DNA from: Candidatus Nomurabacteria bacterium
GTDB lineage: Bacteria > Patescibacteriota > Minisyncoccia > Phycocordibacterales > UBA9973
Reading direction: 5' to 3'
Assembly: GCA_943348755.1 (NCBI GenBank)
Contig: CALQYS010000003.1
Location: 2,482-66,481 of the forward strand
Length of the DNA stretch: 64,000 bases
A program made the position numbers and the translations under genes. Positions within the stretch are counted from its first letter, which is position 1. The number at the start of each line of letters is the position of its first letter. The notes beneath the pieces are model-generated. The model saw only the letters and a program-made list of their open reading frames with translations. It did no database searches and was not told the DNA's origin. Shown in pieces: positions 59,537 to 64,000 of the stretch.

Positions 59537-60934
59537 TTAATTATTTTTCATATCTTGCGCTTGTTTTTTAGCTGAAGAAAAACCACTACCGAAAAGAAAA
59601 CTGGTTAAACTATTGTTTTTATTAATACCAAGAGCAAAAAGGAATATTCTAGACACAGTAATAGCCGAAAACATCGACACTAAGACACCCAGACCAAAGG
59701 TCAAGGCGAATCCTTTGATAAGCGGTGTACCGAGCCAAAACAGGATGATAGAAGTAACAATACTTGAAGTATTTGAGTCTCGGACAGATGTCCAAGCCCT
59801 TTTGAAGCCAGCATGAATACCATCATGAATATTATTCCCCTTCCTTATTTCTTCTTTCATTCTTTCAAAGATAAGTACATTAGCATCGACGGCCATCCCA
59901 AGCGAGATAATAAAGCCACCAATTCCCGCAGCCGTTAAAGTAACAGGCATAAGCTTAAAAATAGCTAAAAGAACGCTAGTGTAAAAAATAAGGGCAATAG
60001 TTGCTATCAAACCCGGTAAACGGTACCAAAGAACTAGAAATAGGGCGATTAATAAGAATCCTATAATTGCAGCTTTTACTCCAGCCCTTACTGCAGACTC
60101 ACCTAGTGTGGCACCGATGGTTTGAGTAGAAAGAAGAGTGATCGGCACAGGCAGCGCTCCAGAGTTAAGACGACCAACAAGAAGCTTCGCTTCGTTTGGA
60201 GTGAAATTCCCAGAGATAATCGCTTGGCCATTTGGGATTTCTTCACGAACCACAGGAGTAGATACCGGTGCGCCGTCTAGATATATAGCTACCATTTTCC
60301 CGACGTTATCCTTTGTTATTTGTGCAAAAAGTTTTGTACCTTTATCATCAAACTGAAGATTCACTCTTGGTTCACGAGTATTTTGATCAAATTCCAAAGT
60401 TGCCTTCTCTAAATACCTGCCAGTAAGCTCGGTTCCTACAAATTGAGGACTTACATCTACTACATTGGCTGCACCATTTTTATCTACCACCAGCTTTTGC
60501 GGGGCGCCCTTAGGGGCTTCTGTCTTAAACTCTAAAAGGGGGGTTTGCCCGATCATCGCTACTGCCTTTTTTATATCGGTCACACCCGGAAGATCAACGA
60601 TCAACTGTTCTCCCCCACCCGAAATGAAACCCCCATGCTGTAATTGCACGACGGGTTCCGAAACTCCGAAAAGGTTAACACGTCGCTCGATCACGTCACG
60701 AAGCGCATCCATTGAATTCCCAACTTGGCCAGCTGGTACAGCACTGACATCCGCTTTGTATATCAGATGGCTACCACCAGATAGATCTAAGCCAAGACGG
60801 AAAGGAAATTTCTTGAAAAAAGCTTTTTGCGTCTCAAAACTTTTGTTTAACTTGGGTTCAGTCTTGTAAACAAAATAGGCCACACCGGAGCCCAAGACTA
60901 GTATTATTAGCGCCAAAATGATTCTTTTCTTCAT
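59537..60934 (-). CDS. secD: Protein translocase subunit SecD
   Basis: 465 aa, directly upstream of secF. Confidence 0.8.
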   Translation of the reverse strand: MKKRIILALIILVLGSGVAYFVYKTEPKLNKSFETQKAFFKKFPFRLGLDLSGGSHLIYKADVSAVPAGQVGNSMDALRDVIERRVNLFGVSEPVVQLQHGGFISGGGEQLIVDLPGVTDIKKAVAMIGQTPLLEFKTEAPKGAPQKLVVDKNGAANVVDVSPQFVGTELTGRYLEKATLEFDQNTREPRVNLQFDDKGTKLFAQITKDNVGKMVAIYLDGAPVSTPVVREEIPNGQAIISGNFTPNEAKLLVGRLNSGALPVPITLLSTQTIGATLGESAVRAGVKAAIIGFLLIALFLVLWYRLPGLIATIALIFYTSVLLAIFKLMPVTLTAAGIGGFIISLGMAVDANVLIFERMKEEIRKGNNIHDGIHAGFKRAWTSVRDSNTSSIVTSIILFWLGTPLIKGFALTFGLGVLVSMFSAITVSRIFLFALGINKNNSLTSFLFGSGFSSAKKQAQDMKNN

Positions 60935-61004
60935 AAAGATACAGCTATACTATATGTTTTTTAGAAAATATGCAAATTGCACAGAAAGGTGATAAAATTC
61001 CGAT

Positions 61005-61532
61005 ATGAAAGATCTAGAATTTACAAGAGAAAATAGCAATACAAAGGACGGACTGCAACACAACGACTGGAGAAAACAGGTCATCTGGCCCATAATTCGA
61101 AATGAATCTCGAGACGATTTTTTGTCGCGTGAACCTAGAGAATCTAATCCTAATAACTATGTTGTAGAAGTATTCCCAAAAATCGACAAAGGACGTCCCG
61201 ATGAGAGCAAAACTTATCGTAGTATCATTCAAAATATTTTAAGAGGTAATGTAACGTCTGGAGTAATAGATTTAAGGCTCAATGATAAAGCGAAATATAC
61301 TATTTGGCTGGGTCAAAACCACATGGAGCTTACATCTAAAGCGGCCCAGATCCCTGACGACCCGAATGTGAGACAATATCTGATAAGTATAAAAGTGGCA
61401 GGAGATAAAGAAGGTAAAAATATTCGCATTATAGATGGATCTGTGGGAAAATCATGCGACAGAACACCTGAACAAATTGCAAAAGTTCTTGCCGCTGTTA
61501 ACGTTGCTTTAAATAATTATAAATTTGAATAA
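61005..61532 (+). CDS. Hypothetical protein
   Basis: 175 aa, soluble. It is the lone plus-strand gene in a minus-strand block. No family recognised. Confidence 0.3.
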   Translation: MKDLEFTRENSNTKDGLQHNDWRKQVIWPIIRNESRDDFLSREPRESNPNNYVVEVFPKIDKGRPDESKTYRSIIQNILRGNVTSGVIDLRLNDKAKYTIWLGQNHMELTSKAAQIPDDPNVRQYLISIKVAGDKEGKNIRIIDGSVGKSCDRTPEQIAKVLAAVNVALNNYKFE

Positions 61533-61534
61533 CC

Positions 61535-62044
61535 CTACCCCCGCCAGGCTTTGCCTTGCGGAGAATTGTTAATTAGTATAGAAAGAACAGCGCCTAAGAT
61601 AAACCCACCAAAAATATCACCTGGAAAATGTACCCCAGCTATAATACGTGCGAGACCTATGAGTAAAGCAAAAAACATAAAAATATAGCCAGATTTTTTG
61701 TTCAAGAAAAATATCGATACGGCAAGTGCGGCGAAAAACGTCGCGTGACCTGAAGGAAAAGCGTAACCACTTTCAGGGAAAAGCGTGCGAATATTATCTA
61801 ACGCCACAAATGGTCTAGGGGCATGGACTAGGTATTTAAATATTAAGTCAAAAAATACGGCCAAACCTCCAGAAAAAAATACTAGGAAAAATTCTCGCCA
61901 AGATTTGCGATAAAAAATCAAGAATATACCCGCTATTAAAATTACTAAGTACGGAAAATAATTACCAAAAAATATTACAACGTGATCAAAAAAGTTTGAC
62001 TGGTGGGCTAGATTATAAAAAAAGTAGAAAATTTGGTTATTCAT
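61535..62044 (-). CDS. PAP2-family phosphatase (undecaprenyl-diphosphatase-like)
   Basis: 169 aa. PSGH motif (AFPSGHATFF) and SR..D-like motifs. Confidence 0.6.
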   Translation of the reverse strand: MNNQIFYFFYNLAHQSNFFDHVVIFFGNYFPYLVILIAGIFLIFYRKSWREFFLVFFSGGLAVFFDLIFKYLVHAPRPFVALDNIRTLFPESGYAFPSGHATFFAALAVSIFFLNKKSGYIFMFFALLIGLARIIAGVHFPGDIFGGFILGAVLSILINNSPQGKAWRG

Positions 62045-62910
62045 TTAGTGTATTTTAAATTTTTAGCAACCTTTAATACGTTATTGAGAAGCATGGCGAC
62101 AGTGACTGGCCCGACGCCTCCCGGCACTGGGGAAACATATGAAGCAATGTTTTTGACTGATTCCAAATCCACGTCACCCACAATACTACCTTTCACCCCC
62201 TGAGGCACATTTACCTCTTCAGAAGTACCAGCGTCTATCAAAACTGCTCCTAATTTTATCATATTACCAGTAATATATTTGCCCCTCCCTATACCTGAAA
62301 CGACGATATCGGCCTGTTTCAAGAGGTGTTCTTTGTTTTCCGTTTTGCTGTTAACTGCGAGGTAGGTCAGGTGTCTATATTGAAGAAGCGCAGAAACGGG
62401 TTTGCCCACCAGAGCCCCCTGCCCCAACACAACTATGATCTTACCTTTTAGATCTAAATTAATAGAATCAAGTAGCGCCATGCAGGCAAGAGCCGTGGGA
62501 TAAGCCAAATCTTTTTGGCTGTCATAGTCATTGTAGAATTTATTGCTGGCTAAAGTACCCAAACAATCCACATCAAGATGTGGGTCAATACTGTCGAGTA
62601 TCGCCTGTTTGTCAATTGAGGCTGGCAGTGGAAGCTGGATGATGATCCCACACATATTCTTTATTTTGTTTAAAGTTTTTATCTCTTTTATTAGATCTGC
62701 TGTTGATATCGAAGCAGGAAAAGCAGCTCGATGGAAATGAATACCCACCATTTCTGCTGTTTTAGCCTTCATTTCGACATACTGAAGTGATGCAGGGTCA
62801 TTACCCACCAAAACATCACAAAAAACCGGAGTAAAGGAAAGTTTGGCAACTTCCTTTTTTACATCAGCTAATATCTCTCCTCTTAATTTTCTGCCATCAA
62901 TTATTTGCAT
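62041..62910 (-). CDS. folD: Bifunctional methylenetetrahydrofolate dehydrogenase/cyclohydrolase
   Basis: 289 aa, with the FolD family layout throughout. Confidence 0.8.
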   Translation of the reverse strand: MQIIDGRKLRGEILADVKKEVAKLSFTPVFCDVLVGNDPASLQYVEMKAKTAEMVGIHFHRAAFPASISTADLIKEIKTLNKIKNMCGIIIQLPLPASIDKQAILDSIDPHLDVDCLGTLASNKFYNDYDSQKDLAYPTALACMALLDSINLDLKGKIIVVLGQGALVGKPVSALLQYRHLTYLAVNSKTENKEHLLKQADIVVSGIGRGKYITGNMIKLGAVLIDAGTSEEVNVPQGVKGSIVGDVDLESVKNIASYVSPVPGGVGPVTVAMLLNNVLKVAKNLKYTK

Positions 62911-62924
62911 AAAAGTAAATCTAA

Positions 62925-63974
62925 CTATGCGCCCAGAAACTCATTCTTCGTGTCATCACGATGTACTGATCTCGCATATCTTTTCATACCCATTAAAATC
63001 CCCAAACCAGAAAATTCAAACAAAAGGTGTGAGCCACCATAACTCATAAAGGGTAATGGTATCCCGGTCACCGGCATTAGACCCAAATTCATACCGACAT
63101 TGATGAGTATATGACTCATGAAGAAAATAGCAATCCCCATGCTAAAAAGTATTTCGAAGTTATACGCGCCCAAGGTAGCGCAATATAGAATCCTCCAGAT
63201 GACTAGGGTGTAAAGTAAAAGAATCAGGATGCAGCCGACAAACCCCCATTCTTCAGCATATGCAGAAAAGACGAAATCAGCTTGGGGTTGTGGTAAAAAT
63301 TTCAATCTTGATTGAGTGCCAAAACCCAAGCCTTTGCCGATAATTTGGCCAGAACCGACCGCAATGGTGGACTGAAAGGCGTTATAACCCGTCCCATGGA
63401 TGTCAGTAAGTGGATGGATAAAGTTAGCAATACGAGCTTTTTGATATGGTGCAAAAACTAAAAACCAAAATACTGCGAAAATGATGCCGCCGGCCGCAAA
63501 CACAGCCAACAAATGCACTTTAGAAATTCCAGAGACAAGCACCATGCCAAGCCAAATAAAAAATATAATCATTGCCGAACCAAAATCAGGCTGGAGCAAG
63601 ACTAAGATAAAGGGTATAAATGCATAAAAACCAGAGATAAAAATATGTTTTATATCTCGAACCTCGACGTGACGACGAGAAAAATATTTTGCTAAAACAA
63701 GCACCAACACCAGCTTCATCATGTCAACCGGCTGAAAAGAAAAAAAACCGAAGTTAAACCAGCTTTTAGAACCATGGGCGATATGCCCTGAAATAAAAAG
63801 TAAGAGCAAAATTAAAACATTAGAAATATAAATCGCAACCAAGACATTTGTACGTTTTAAAAAACGAAAATCTATAAAAGAAAAAATAAAGAAAATGGAA
63901 AAACCTATCAAAATCCACACAATTTGTTTATTAAAAAAGAGCCCAGCATCTTCCATTGGCGCAAATCCTTTCAT
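62925..63974 (-). CDS. SEDS-family peptidoglycan glycosyltransferase (FtsW/RodA)
   Basis: 349 aa with 10 TM helices. The true start may lie beyond the window edge. Confidence 0.7.
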   Translation of the reverse strand: MKGFAPMEDAGLFFNKQIVWILIGFSIFFIFSFIDFRFLKRTNVLVAIYISNVLILLLLFISGHIAHGSKSWFNFGFFSFQPVDMMKLVLVLVLAKYFSRRHVEVRDIKHIFISGFYAFIPFILVLLQPDFGSAMIIFFIWLGMVLVSGISKVHLLAVFAAGGIIFAVFWFLVFAPYQKARIANFIHPLTDIHGTGYNAFQSTIAVGSGQIIGKGLGFGTQSRLKFLPQPQADFVFSAYAEEWGFVGCILILLLYTLVIWRILYCATLGAYNFEILFSMGIAIFFMSHILINVGMNLGLMPVTGIPLPFMSYGGSHLLFEFSGLGILMGMKRYARSVHRDDTKNEFLGA

Positions 63975-64000
63975 GGTGACAAGTCCCGCAGAAATTATCG

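Overview
This 64-kb window looks like a low-GC, gene-dense bacterial chromosome segment. The genes are mostly on the minus strand, RBS spacers are short and SD-poor, and several products are small DUF proteins or secreted and membrane proteins. That style is typical of CPR/Patescibacteria-like genomes, but the lineage is an inference, not something the sequence proves. The core content is housekeeping: gyrA, a murC-murD-murE-ddl cell-wall cluster, secA, secG, secDF, RNase J, HtrA, class Ia RNR nrdAB, pyrG, ftsEX, prfB, gatCA, htpX, folD and a SEDS protein. There is an unlinked 16S rRNA gene with its own promoter, leader/trailer processing stem and terminator, and seven tRNAs (Ala, Gln, Thr x2, Asp and two CAT-anticodon tRNAs). 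TGA functions as a stop codon and an RF2 gene is present, so the genetic code is the standard bacterial one. Three regions stand out. (i) An orphan, GC-rich, highly structured transcription unit of about 380 nt lies between ddl and the 16S trailer. It has a perfect TTGACA-N17-TATAAT promoter and an intrinsic terminator, and it does not cleanly match RNase P RNA, tmRNA or SRP RNA. (ii) An accessory island of about 8 kb (42.5-50.5 kb) sits next to a tRNA-Asp gene. It carries a large serine recombinase whose 3' end overlaps the tRNA, a SEC-C/PD-ExK protein, a fused type IIG restriction-modification enzyme, a Cas4-like 4-Cys nuclease and an HTH protein. The RM/nuclease/HTH module is bracketed by perfect 183-bp inverted repeats and flanked by GC-rich structured non-coding DNA. 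(iii) The 16S rRNA 3' tail lacks the CCUCC anti-Shine-Dalgarno sequence and carries a covarying change in the 530-loop pseudoknot, which fits the near absence of SD motifs upstream of genes. RNA coordinates were derived by hand and may be off by 1-2 nt.
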